From NCBI GenBank assembly GCA_009889625.1, contig WTZU01000003.1, forward strand, positions 4,131 through 68,130: a stretch of DNA of 64,000 nt, written 5' to 3'. This DNA is from Candidatus Hikarchaeia archaeon HikBin5. Lineage in GTDB: Archaea; Halobacteriota; Halobacteria; Halobacteriales; Hikarchaeaceae. The translations under genes were made by a program, and so were the position numbers. Below are positions 29,443 through 38,381 of this stretch, piece after piece; position 1 is the stretch's first letter, and each line of letters begins with the position of its first letter. The notes under the pieces were generated by a model that made no database searches, was not told the origin of the DNA, and saw only the letters and a program-made list of their open reading frames with translations.

Positions 29443-30266
29443 TCGAAGATATATTCAATATTATAGCAAAATCTGCCCCCTCGATCCGACATGAATTGAG
29501 TACCAGACGTGGTTCTTCTAATACTCAGAATCCAACTGGAGATTCTCAATTAGCAGCTGATATTTGGGCAGATAACCTTTTTGCAGAAAAAATATTAGAA
29601 CTCGATAGTGTTGGTTTGTATGCATCTGAGGAACGTGAAAACGTATTGACATCCGGAGATGGATTTTCAGTCGCAATAGATCCTCTAGATGGCTCCTCCA
29701 ATCTTCTATCTAATAATATGATTGGGACTATCGTCGGAGTGTATGATTCCATCTTACCAACTTCTGGGAGAAACCTCATAGCAGCAGCATATGTCTTATA
29801 CGGTCCTATTACTACAATGGTAACTGCATATTCTGGCTCTGTCAATGAGTACGTAGTCGATCAAGGAAATCTCCGTCCACTCCGGAAAGGTATAACTTTG
29901 CCCAAAAAACCCCAGCTATATGGATTTGGAGGCACCGAGAATGATTGGACTCCCAAATTCAAAAAATACGCCGAAAGCATTCGAAATGAATTCAAACCAC
30001 GCTATGGAGGTTCTCTTATAAGTGATGTCAATCAGATATTAACTTATGGGGGAATCTTTGCATATCCTGCTCTTATTTCCTCCCCAACTGGGAAACTCAG
30101 AACTTTGTTTGAAGCACATCCCGTCGCTTATATAATTGAAACTGCAGGAGGGCTCTCTTCAAATGGAGATGTATCTCTCCTAGATCTTTCCCCTGAAAAT
30201 TTACACGACCGAACTCCACTTTATGTTGGTAATAAAACTTTAATCGAAGAACTTTCTAACTTGTAG
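29439..30266 (+). CDS. fbp: Class I fructose-1,6-bisphosphatase
   Basis: The metal-site motif is AIDPLDGSSN, with YGPITTMV and a GGIFAYP-type C-terminal region. It has an ATGA overlap with fba. Confidence 0.9.
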   Translation: MIEDIFNIIAKSAPSIRHELSTRRGSSNTQNPTGDSQLAADIWADNLFAEKILELDSVGLYASEERENVLTSGDGFSVAIDPLDGSSNLLSNNMIGTIVGVYDSILPTSGRNLIAAAYVLYGPITTMVTAYSGSVNEYVVDQGNLRPLRKGITLPKKPQLYGFGGTENDWTPKFKKYAESIRNEFKPRYGGSLISDVNQILTYGGIFAYPALISSPTGKLRTLFEAHPVAYIIETAGGLSSNGDVSLLDLSPENLHDRTPLYVGNKTLIEELSNL

Positions 30267-30268
30267 TA

Positions 30269-30712
30269 ATGACCAAATACGAACGTTCAATTGAACTGTC
30301 TTCTGTTGTTATCTATGATTCTAAATGTCCCTATTGTTCAGCTGTAACAAAGTGGATAAAACGAACTCATGGTCTTGGGGCCATTTCTTGGCATGAAAAG
30401 AAAGCCCAGGAATTTCTAAATACACAATTCAATTACTCACCATTTGCTGTATTTCTTGTTGTCCCCTCTGAAGGAACCATCTATGCAGGTCCTACTGCTG
30501 CAAAAGAATTATGCAACAGGGCAAACTTGCCAGAACTTTTCGGGCGTTTGGTGAAACAAGAATATCACAAAATCTCCAAAACAGCGAGTGTTCTATCCAA
30601 TCGAAAACAGGATCTAGATAAAATTGAAGGCAAATTCATTCTCAATCCTGATGCTTTATCGCTATTGGAGGGATTATTTCATGAGGCATGGACTCTTCCT
30701 TTTGAGAAGTAG
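30269..30712 (+). CDS. DCC1-like thiol-disulfide oxidoreductase family (DUF393)
   Basis: The N-terminal VVIYDSKCPYCSAVTKWIKR matches the YDGxCxxC signature of DUF393. It starts 2 nt after the fbp stop. Confidence 0.5.
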   Translation: MTKYERSIELSSVVIYDSKCPYCSAVTKWIKRTHGLGAISWHEKKAQEFLNTQFNYSPFAVFLVVPSEGTIYAGPTAAKELCNRANLPELFGRLVKQEYHKISKTASVLSNRKQDLDKIEGKFILNPDALSLLEGLFHEAWTLPFEK

Positions 30713-30785
30713 GGCAAACTTGTAATCTCAATATTTCTCCTGATAGTGGGCTATTCTATCACTTTCAATCAAAAATAGTATGCAT

Positions 30786-31502
30786 TTATAATGTGTCAAA
30801 CAATTGACCATACCCTTCAACCTTGGGGGCTATTCCTCCTAGTTGATATGCTTTCCATACTTGAGCTTGGGCATCTCCTATTACTGGAACTCCTGTATCT
30901 TGTTCTAGTACTTCTATAAAACTAGCACTTTCCCATTGTGGACAAGATATGTATATTGCATCATATCCTTCACTTTCTTTTGCCAATTCAACTGCCGCGC
31001 GGTAAGCAGTTGACGACGATACCCCATCTATGTCGCCCGGACCACTACGATTTATGCCCGAAAGTGCTACTACCTCGAGACCCCTTTCTTTTAAATATTT
31101 AATACGTTCTTCATTTCTTTCTTTGGGATATGGGGTAACTGCTATAATTGATTTAGCACCTACGGCTTTCATTGCATCCACATGAGATCTCAAATTGGTT
31201 GTTATAGGCGCCCGAATCTCTGCATTTATCCGATCAAGCAACTCATCTTCTCCCTTCGCACCTTTTAGAGCAAAGATAGGGCTCCCTCCTGCAATAATAC
31301 AATCCACTCCTCTCTCATCTAACCTTTTAGCCGCGGGGTACACTTGTTCAAATGCTTCTGATAGATTTTCGGGTGTAAATTTTTCTACTCCCATGTTCAC
31401 CACATACATTTCTACACCCTCTACTATCATTTTTCTAAATTCATTCCCATGATTCCACACGGAAGGTTCGATCTTTCCAAATTTCAGACGCCAATGATCC
31501 AT
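30786..31502 (-). CDS. Asp/Glu-racemase superfamily protein (maleate isomerase / arylmalonate decarboxylase-like)
   Basis: 238 aa with VDCIIAGGSPIF, IIAVTPYP and DAIYISCPQWES...GVPVI. These resemble the two pseudo-symmetric halves of the maleate isomerase/AMDase fold. Confidence 0.55.
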   Translation of the reverse strand: MDHWRLKFGKIEPSVWNHGNEFRKMIVEGVEMYVVNMGVEKFTPENLSEAFEQVYPAAKRLDERGVDCIIAGGSPIFALKGAKGEDELLDRINAEIRAPITTNLRSHVDAMKAVGAKSIIAVTPYPKERNEERIKYLKERGLEVVALSGINRSGPGDIDGVSSSTAYRAAVELAKESEGYDAIYISCPQWESASFIEVLEQDTGVPVIGDAQAQVWKAYQLGGIAPKVEGYGQLFDTL

Positions 31503-31577
31503 AATACTGTTATGTTATAGTCTTCCCGATCATATTAAAAGTTCTTTGTGGTCTTGGTTTCAACCCGATTGCATCTA

Positions 31578-31584
31578 TTTATAA
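31578..31584 (+). promoter_or_regulatory. Candidate TATA box, geometry consistent with a leaderless mRNA
   Basis: TTTATAA is centred about 27 nt upstream of the ATG at 31608, and there is no SD-like element between them. Confidence 0.35.
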
Positions 31585-31607
31585 CATTCGCAATCTAATC
31601 ACTACCA

Positions 31608-32600
31608 ATGGCAATTGACTTAACGTTAGCCTGTGGAGAATATGATCTAACCTATGCTCTCCATACTGGTCTTGTACAACCAAGCGGCATTGATCTCAAT
31701 GTACTAACCTATGAATCCCCCGAACGACATTGGCGAATGATGCGCCATGGAGAATTCGATATATGTGAAATGTCTTTAGGATCTTATCTTGCATCTAGGA
31801 AATATCCCGATCTCTACCCTTTCACAGCAATCACCGTTTTTCCCCACAGGCGGTTCCGTCATTCCTATATGTTTAAAAATAGTGGAATAGATTCTACGGA
31901 TCCTGGAGATTTTGAAGGAAAAAAAATTGGATTAAGAACTTGGCAAACAACCGCTGGTATCTGGATGAGGGGAATTGCTCAAGAGCAATATGGACTAGAT
32001 TTAACAACCGTAGAGTGGTACACAGATGACACAGAAGACGTTCAATTAGACCTGCCCACCAAATTCAATGTCCAGCGTATCCCTGAAGGTAGGAATATAG
32101 AAGAAATGTTGGTATCTGGTGATCTTGATGGTGCTTTCTATCCTGCAAGATTGAGTTCTGTAAAACATAAAAAAGGTGCAGAAAATATCTTCAAAGACCC
32201 TTTCATAGAAGAACAACAATACTATAAAGAAACTAACCATTTCCCGTTGATGCATACGGTAGTTATTAAAGATGCATTACTAGAAAAATATCCTTGGTTA
32301 GCAACAAATATTTACAAAGTTTTCTCCGAAGCACGCGATATATGCTTACAGAAATTAGAAGACCCTCGCTGGACGGCGTTAGCCTGGGCCCAAGAACACC
32401 TCGACCATCAACAGCAGGTATTGGGAAAAAATCCGTGGCCTTATGGATTGGTTCCTTCTAACCAACGCACGTTGGACAAATTACTTGATTACGCATATGA
32501 CCAAGGACTCACCCCTAAAAAATATTCTCCAGAAGATTTATTCGCTGAAAGTACGCTAGACCCTGAAATAGAAGGAAAGGAGTACGTATCTGGAAAGTGA
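31608..32600 (+). CDS. Periplasmic-binding-fold protein of the NMT1/4,5-dihydroxyphthalate decarboxylase-like family
   Basis: 330 aa with no signal peptide. The N-terminus is LTLACGEYDLTYALHTGLVQPSGIDLNV...PERHWRMMRHGEFDICEMSLGSYL. From memory, this matches proteins annotated as 4,5-dihydroxyphthalate decarboxylase or ABC substrate-binding-like. Confidence 0.45.
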   Translation: MAIDLTLACGEYDLTYALHTGLVQPSGIDLNVLTYESPERHWRMMRHGEFDICEMSLGSYLASRKYPDLYPFTAITVFPHRRFRHSYMFKNSGIDSTDPGDFEGKKIGLRTWQTTAGIWMRGIAQEQYGLDLTTVEWYTDDTEDVQLDLPTKFNVQRIPEGRNIEEMLVSGDLDGAFYPARLSSVKHKKGAENIFKDPFIEEQQYYKETNHFPLMHTVVIKDALLEKYPWLATNIYKVFSEARDICLQKLEDPRWTALAWAQEHLDHQQQVLGKNPWPYGLVPSNQRTLDKLLDYAYDQGLTPKKYSPEDLFAESTLDPEIEGKEYVSGK

Positions 32601-32631
32601 AACTCCTAATTAATTTTAATTTTTAACCAAT

Positions 32632-35016
32632 TTACTTTTCTAGCGCCTCAATTACTCTTTCTGGTGTTATTGGTATCGTGTCAAATTCAATAGACAAAGC
32701 GTTTGAAACCGCATTTCCAATCGCAGGAGCTGAAGCTATCATTCCCATCTCTCCCACTCCTCTTGCCCCATATGGTCCCATTTCATCCTTTGTTTCGATT
32801 ATTATTGTCTTTGAATCATAGGGTAATTCCATAGTCCCTGGTATCCTGTAATCTTTGAAATTGGGGTTAATTACCAACCCATTTTCATATATGATCTCTT
32901 CATACAATGCACTAGCAATCCCTTGCCCAGTTGCACCCTCGATTTGTTGCTCTACACTTTTTGGATTCAAAGCAAATCCCACATCAGTCGCGGTAATTAT
33001 TTGCAGAACTTCAATTTTACCTGTAATCTGATTCACTGCAACCAATGCCGATTGGCCCACGGGGGTCCAGAAAGCATGATGCTTTCCCCCCTTTCTAGAA
33101 TCATATGTTGCAGTCCCAATCAATTCTCCTCCTTCTTTTAACATAGTATTGGAAACCCCTACCATTTGACCATAATTTGAAAATAGATCATTTACATGGA
33201 TCCATTTTGTTTCTTCATCTTTCAGAATTATTTTTCCATTTGATGTTTTCAAATCAGAAGAATCTATGTCCTCTTCAAATTCTCCAACTGAAAGGTCAAA
33301 CATTTTTTGTTTCACATCTGCCACCGCTTTCCGAACTGCATTACCTGTATGGTATGTAAATCTACTCCCCGTTGGACCTCTGTCATATGGACTATTTGCA
33401 GTATCTCCTGCAATGATTTTTACTTTCTCGAGATCAATATCGAAATCTTCTGCAATAATTTGAGTCAACACAGTTTCTGCACCTTGTCCAATTTCAGGAG
33501 CACCGACATATGCAATTACATTCATATCGCGTTGAATTTTAATTGTCGCCGCGGCAGATGCTCTCGAAACCGGTTTATTACCATATGCAACCCCTATGCC
33601 CATCTTCCATTCTTCTGTATTGTATTCTGGATATTCTTCTTTAATATTGATAGATTCTAATTCTTCCGCGGACCTTCTCAAACACGCTTCAGTATCGACC
33701 TTGCCAAGTGTTTCTCCTTTGGCATTTGTATCTCCCGACTTCAATATATTTTTTGCTCTATATTCTACTGGATCTAATCCCAATTCCCGTGCAACTTTGT
33801 CCATGTGTCGCTCCATCGCCCAGTTGACCTCTGGCTTCCCAAAACCTCTAAAAGCAGCATACTTTGGTAAGTTAGTATATACTGCACAACTTGTATATTT
33901 TACATTTGGAATTTTGTAAGAACCAACAGTAATGCTTGGTCCACTAACTGTGCATCTAAATACTTGTTCATTGTATGCACCCACATTGAATAGTATCTCT
34001 GAATCCCTTGCTAGTATTTTCCCATCTTTGGTAACTCCATCTTTCACTCTAACTATTACTTGAGGCCTGCTCACTCCTACCATGTATTCCTCAGCACGCG
34101 TTAATTGAAGTCTAACCGGGCGTTCTGTTTTGTTCAAAACACCGACTAAAATAGATTCCATAAATGGAGTTATCTTTCCCCCAAATCCTCCTCCTACATA
34201 TGGGGCTTTTATTTCTATATCTCCTGGGTTCAACTCGGGATATGCCATGCATAACTCTGTTTCAATATTGTGTGGTACTTGCTGTGAAGTCCAAATTTTA
34301 ATCGATTTACCTTTCCTCTGTCCTATCGCCACATGAGGTTCCATCGAACAATGCTGAAGTGATTTTACCTCATATCTTCCTTCCACAATACAGTCCGCAT
34401 CTTGAAAGGCGGATTCTACTTCTCCAACTTCTAACGAATCCACATACATCAAGTTTGGCCGATATATCTCTTCTTCATCTGAATGCTCTCTTTTTTCAAA
34501 CCTAGGATCTCCTTGTTTTGCAAATTGATAACTTCTAACATCCTCGTGAACTATCGCTTGAGGATTTTCTGAAAAAGCATCTTCTAAATCAAATATTGCT
34601 GGAAGTTCTTCATATTGAAGTTTAATTAGATTGACGGCATCTTCTGCCATTTCTGGAGTTTCAGCAGCAACTGCTGCTATTGGTTCTCCTATGTATCTCA
34701 GTTTATTGGTGGCCAATATTGGCTGATCTAAAATAAATTGCCCCCTTCTAGTATCTGGCACGTCTTCATATGTTATTACTACTTCAACTCCTTCCATTTT
34801 TTCTGCTTCTGTAGTGTCAACTCCAATTAATTTGGCATGGGCAACCGGACTAGTTAACAATTTTACGTGTAGTACTCTATTCGGATTAATGTCCATGGCA
34901 TATATGGCCCTTCCAGAAACTTTGTCAGGTGCATCTGACCTCGGGACAGATTCTCCCACATGACGATTCTCACTTTTATTTTCAATTTTACTTTTTTCTT
35001 GGCTACTTTGACTCAT
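32632..35016 (-). CDS. Xanthine dehydrogenase-family molybdopterin-binding large subunit
   Basis: 794 aa with YVGGGFGGK, AAFRGFGKPE and the C-terminal catalytic-Glu region YGARGVGEMG. Confidence 0.9.
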   Translation of the reverse strand: MSQSSQEKSKIENKSENRHVGESVPRSDAPDKVSGRAIYAMDINPNRVLHVKLLTSPVAHAKLIGVDTTEAEKMEGVEVVITYEDVPDTRRGQFILDQPILATNKLRYIGEPIAAVAAETPEMAEDAVNLIKLQYEELPAIFDLEDAFSENPQAIVHEDVRSYQFAKQGDPRFEKREHSDEEEIYRPNLMYVDSLEVGEVESAFQDADCIVEGRYEVKSLQHCSMEPHVAIGQRKGKSIKIWTSQQVPHNIETELCMAYPELNPGDIEIKAPYVGGGFGGKITPFMESILVGVLNKTERPVRLQLTRAEEYMVGVSRPQVIVRVKDGVTKDGKILARDSEILFNVGAYNEQVFRCTVSGPSITVGSYKIPNVKYTSCAVYTNLPKYAAFRGFGKPEVNWAMERHMDKVARELGLDPVEYRAKNILKSGDTNAKGETLGKVDTEACLRRSAEELESINIKEEYPEYNTEEWKMGIGVAYGNKPVSRASAAATIKIQRDMNVIAYVGAPEIGQGAETVLTQIIAEDFDIDLEKVKIIAGDTANSPYDRGPTGSRFTYHTGNAVRKAVADVKQKMFDLSVGEFEEDIDSSDLKTSNGKIILKDEETKWIHVNDLFSNYGQMVGVSNTMLKEGGELIGTATYDSRKGGKHHAFWTPVGQSALVAVNQITGKIEVLQIITATDVGFALNPKSVEQQIEGATGQGIASALYEEIIYENGLVINPNFKDYRIPGTMELPYDSKTIIIETKDEMGPYGARGVGEMGMIASAPAIGNAVSNALSIEFDTIPITPERVIEALEK

Positions 35017-35489
35017 ATTTTTTCCACTCCCATTTCTGCAGCACGTTTAACCGCGTCAATTATTTTGACATACCCTGTACATCTGCATAAATTTCCGCTT
35101 AATCCTTCTCTTATCTCTTGAATAGTTGGATCTGGATTTTCTATAAGTAAGGATGTCGACGCCATTATAAAACCCGGTATGCAATAACCACATTGAGATG
35201 CAAAACAATCTATAAAAGATTGTTGTAGTAAAGAAAACTCTTCTTCATTTGATATACCTTCAATAGTTGTAATTTTCTCCCCAACCACCTTTCCAACTGG
35301 AACGAGACATGATTTTACAGCTTTGTCTCCTATCAAAATGGTACAAACTCCACAAACGCCCGTATCACAACTCTCTTTTGTCCCTGTTAAACATAGGTCA
35401 TACCTTAGAACGTCTCTAAGAGGTTTATACGGGGACACACTGATCCGGTGTATCTTTTCATTTATGTCTAGTCTAATTTCTTCTTTCAT
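35013..35489 (-). CDS. (2Fe-2S)-binding small subunit of the XDH-family enzyme
   Basis: CDTGVCGVCT is the plant-type cluster. SQCGYCIPGF...CRCTGY is the second cluster. Confidence 0.9.
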   Translation of the reverse strand: MKEEIRLDINEKIHRISVSPYKPLRDVLRYDLCLTGTKESCDTGVCGVCTILIGDKAVKSCLVPVGKVVGEKITTIEGISNEEEFSLLQQSFIDCFASQCGYCIPGFIMASTSLLIENPDPTIQEIREGLSGNLCRCTGYVKIIDAVKRAAEMGVEKI

Positions 35490-36349
35490 ACCCCACCCAC
35501 TAGTTCTAATTTAACTTCTTTAATAGTTTGTCTGGCAATCCTTTTAAAAACCATTTCCTTATATGATTTAGAAGTTTGTACGTCCCCAATCAAATCCAGA
35601 TCCTCCCCAAGAACGTTTATACATTCTTCTATCGTGCCTTCTCCTATTTCACTTCCTTCTAATATTTTCTCCGCTCTCCTCGAGCGCATTGGAGTGTCTC
35701 CTCCATTTGTTAAACCTATACGCGCAGTGGTACATACGCCGTCTATATCTAGTGTTAGTCTTACACAAACACCCGCTATAGCATAATCTCCCTGTCTTGG
35801 AGTCACCGATCTGTATTTCCCACCAGAATATTGGGGCAATATTGGAATTAAAATTTTAGTCAATATTTCCCCTTCTTCTATTGCAGTCTCATAATAATCT
35901 ACAAAGAAATCTTCCAAAGATATCCTCCGACACCCTTGGGAATTCTGTATTTCTAACTCTGCGTCCAATGTTAGCAAAACTGGAGGTGTATCCAATGCAG
36001 GGTCTCCATATACTAACCCTCCTCCTATTGTCCCTTGATTTCTAACCTGGGGCCCTGAAATTTCTGAAGTTGCATCTGTGTAAAATCCAAATTCCTTTTT
36101 AATTATTGAATTTTTCTTTATTTCGGCATATGTTGTCGCAGATCCTATTTCAATATATTCTCCCAAATCTTGTATTCCTCTTATCTCATCTATTTTGCTA
36201 ATATCAACTAGTAAATCTGGATCAACCAAACCTTGACGTATTAATAACATCATTGTTTGTCCCCCTGCTACAATTTCCGCCCTCCCATTGCAATGAGATA
36301 ATTTCTCCAAGGCATCTTCAACTGAAGAAGCAATATGGTATTCCCCCAT
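35486..36349 (-). CDS. FAD-binding medium subunit of the XDH-family enzyme (CoxM/XdhB-like)
   Basis: 287 aa with VAGGQTMMLLIRQG and RNQGTIGGGL, the FAD_binding_5 pattern. It is translationally coupled to the FeS subunit. Confidence 0.85.
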   Translation of the reverse strand: MGEYHIASSVEDALEKLSHCNGRAEIVAGGQTMMLLIRQGLVDPDLLVDISKIDEIRGIQDLGEYIEIGSATTYAEIKKNSIIKKEFGFYTDATSEISGPQVRNQGTIGGGLVYGDPALDTPPVLLTLDAELEIQNSQGCRRISLEDFFVDYYETAIEEGEILTKILIPILPQYSGGKYRSVTPRQGDYAIAGVCVRLTLDIDGVCTTARIGLTNGGDTPMRSRRAEKILEGSEIGEGTIEECINVLGEDLDLIGDVQTSKSYKEMVFKRIARQTIKEVKLELVGGV

Positions 36350-36432
36350 GATATGTCTATGAAATAGTTAGAGTCTTGTCAGTAAATATATTTGGACATG
36401 TACCCCTGATAATTTTCCATGTATCTATTATC

Positions 36433-37632
36433 TCATTCTAATCTTTTAACACCGATCATAAGTCCCGTTCCTACAACTACGCCCACTACCCCCACTGCTG
36501 CAAATGCAATTGAGATATTGGAAACAACAAGCAAAATTGCGATCATGCCTGGTCCTGCTACTTTTCCCACATTCTGGAATGTCGTAGCAATCGAAACTGC
36601 CCCTCCCCTCATCCCTGTTGGGGCAATTTGATTCACCAAACTTTTTTGACCCGGTGCCACCACTCCGTCTCCAAATCCATACAATATTGCCCCAATTGCA
36701 ATTATTGATGGAATTGGTAAAATTCCCATAATTAATATTCCAAAACCTCCTGCTAAGAATCCAACTATTATTATGTTTTCAGTTGAAATTACATTGGAAA
36801 GTCTCCCAACTTGTGTGGCAGTTACTAAGGAAACAATTCCTTTCAACGCTACTAATAAACCTGCGGTCTTGACATCGAACCCTCCTTCTCCTATGGCTAA
36901 AACAGAGACATATGTGAGGAATCCAAACAAAAGTAAAAATCTAATGACAAATGTAGTAACTAAACAAGCCATCTTTGGTTTACTAACTAATAATATTAAA
37001 TCATTTATGTAGTCCTTCATGGACGATTCCGACGTCTCCACTGTCTGAGGTATGATAAACCACGCCCATATGGCCATTGGTACTGCAATCAAATAGATCA
37101 AAAATGGATATTTCCACGAATATACAAATAACACTGCACTTAGTATGGGTACTCCTATTATCCCCACATTTATGCTAGCCGTTCGAATCCCTTGGGCTGT
37201 GGTCTCTTGAACGCCTGTGTATAGGTCTCCTATCATTGCAATTACAATCGGGCCTGCAGAAGAGTGCCCTATCGATTGCAATACTCTCAACACCAATACT
37301 GCTTCAAATGTATTTACTACGGAAATTGCTGCGCCCGATAACCCAAACAGTATCAAACCCGGCACGAGAAAGTATTTCCTACCATATCGATCAGAAAGAA
37401 TTCCCATAATTGGGACCAAAATAACTGTAGGTATCGTATATGCTAGCATCACCAATCCTGCCCTAGCCTCACTAATTGCAAATACAACGGCAAGCCCTGC
37501 AACAATTGGACTTAAAACGGCAGATTCCGTTATTAATACGGCGCTTGCTATAACCAAAGATTGAATTCTTGGATCTTTAATTACAGTTCCACCCTTTCCA
37601 AATATTATTGTGCCAACTTCTCCCCTTTTCAT
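36433..37632 (-). CDS. MFS transporter
   Basis: 399 aa with 12 TM helices and MFS motif A, GILSDRYGRK. Confidence 0.85.
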   Translation of the reverse strand: MKRGEVGTIIFGKGGTVIKDPRIQSLVIASAVLITESAVLSPIVAGLAVVFAISEARAGLVMLAYTIPTVILVPIMGILSDRYGRKYFLVPGLILFGLSGAAISVVNTFEAVLVLRVLQSIGHSSAGPIVIAMIGDLYTGVQETTAQGIRTASINVGIIGVPILSAVLFVYSWKYPFLIYLIAVPMAIWAWFIIPQTVETSESSMKDYINDLILLVSKPKMACLVTTFVIRFLLLFGFLTYVSVLAIGEGGFDVKTAGLLVALKGIVSLVTATQVGRLSNVISTENIIIVGFLAGGFGILIMGILPIPSIIAIGAILYGFGDGVVAPGQKSLVNQIAPTGMRGGAVSIATTFQNVGKVAGPGMIAILLVVSNISIAFAAVGVVGVVVGTGLMIGVKRLE

Positions 37633-37742
37633 TTCCCTTATAGGCTTTATTCACTTTAGCTACTTCTTAAGTACTCTTATATGAAATTTATAATTCCCCA
37701 TCACAATCGTTATTCCAATTCAGGAATATAAGCTTTAATACG

Positions 37743-37816
37743 GGGTCGGTGGTCTAGTTGGTTATGACGCGGCTCTTACACAGCCGAGGTCGCAGGTTCG
37801 AATCCTGCCCGACCCA
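37743..37816 (+). tRNA. tRNA-Val (anticodon UAC)
   Basis: Manual cloverleaf. The acceptor stem GGGTCGG pairs with CCGACCC. The anticodon stem CGGCT pairs with AGCCG, with loop CTTACAC (anticodon TAC). The variable region is AGGTC. The T-arm is GCAGG-TTCGAAT-CCTGC and the discriminator is A. No CCA is encoded. Confidence 0.9.
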
Positions 37817-37851
37817 TTTTGATGCCTATATTTCATATAGTCCAAACAGTT

Positions 37852-38334
37852 ATGAAAAAACAAGGTAGCCCCCTTCCAATTCTCTTAATTTTACTTGTTT
37901 TTCTTATCTTTTTTATTCTCTTTGCAATCTTCTTCGCCCCTTATGAATTCACATCACACTCCACGGCAACAGCAATTTTTACAGATAACTCAGAAAATGT
38001 ATTGGCACACGCCGAACTTCAAATTTCAGATACATTTTTGACTCGATACATAGGATTAAGCCACACTGACCATCTTGAACAAGACCAGGGAATGCTTTTT
38101 ATCCACCCCACTGAAAAAAACCACACATATGTAATGAGGAATATGGATTTTCCTATTGATATTATTTTTATAGATTCCAAAGGTACTATAGTCTCTATTC
38201 ACCACGCATATCCTGAATCTCCTCCTTATTCTGCATATGAGGGATTTTCAAAATTAGTCCTCGAATTACCCCATAATTGGACAATTGACAATAATATATC
38301 CGTGGGGGATACAGTTTCCATTCACTTCGACTAA
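37852..38334 (+). CDS. DUF192 domain-containing protein with an N-terminal TM anchor
   Basis: RYIGLSHTDHLEQDQGMLFIHP...YVMRNMDFPIDIIFIDSKGTIV fits the DUF192 pattern (GL...GMLF...M.N...PLDIIF.D). I prefer the ATG at 37852 (MKKQGS) because the track start at 37819 lies 3 nt after the tRNA. Confidence 0.65.
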   Translation: MKKQGSPLPILLILLVFLIFFILFAIFFAPYEFTSHSTATAIFTDNSENVLAHAELQISDTFLTRYIGLSHTDHLEQDQGMLFIHPTEKNHTYVMRNMDFPIDIIFIDSKGTIVSIHHAYPESPPYSAYEGFSKLVLELPHNWTIDNNISVGDTVSIHFD

Positions 38335-38381
38335 ACCGAGAAAATTTTAATTCTGTCTACCAACGATACTGTGTATATCTC

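Noticed and set aside
32632-36349. The FAD-FeS-Mo gene order is identical to coxMSL, so I considered an aerobic carbon monoxide dehydrogenase.
   Set aside because: The large subunit has AAFRGFGKPE where form I CODH has the VAYRCSFR active-site loop, and it lacks the catalytic Cys for the CuMo centre. No coxDEFG accessory genes are present. It is better described as a generic XDH-family hydroxylase.
36419-36631. A 70-aa ORF with a Pro/Thr-rich repeat-like stretch (PVPTTTPTTPTAANA).
   Set aside because: It is antisense to the C-terminal Gly/Val-rich TM helix of the MFS transporter. The PT-rich run is just the complement of GVVGVVVG codons.
37743-38334. tRNA-Val as a possible integration site for a genomic island, since accessory-looking genes follow it.
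   Set aside because: I could see no integrase or recombinase gene, and no direct repeat of the tRNA 3' end downstream. The following genes are ordinary metabolic and transport genes.
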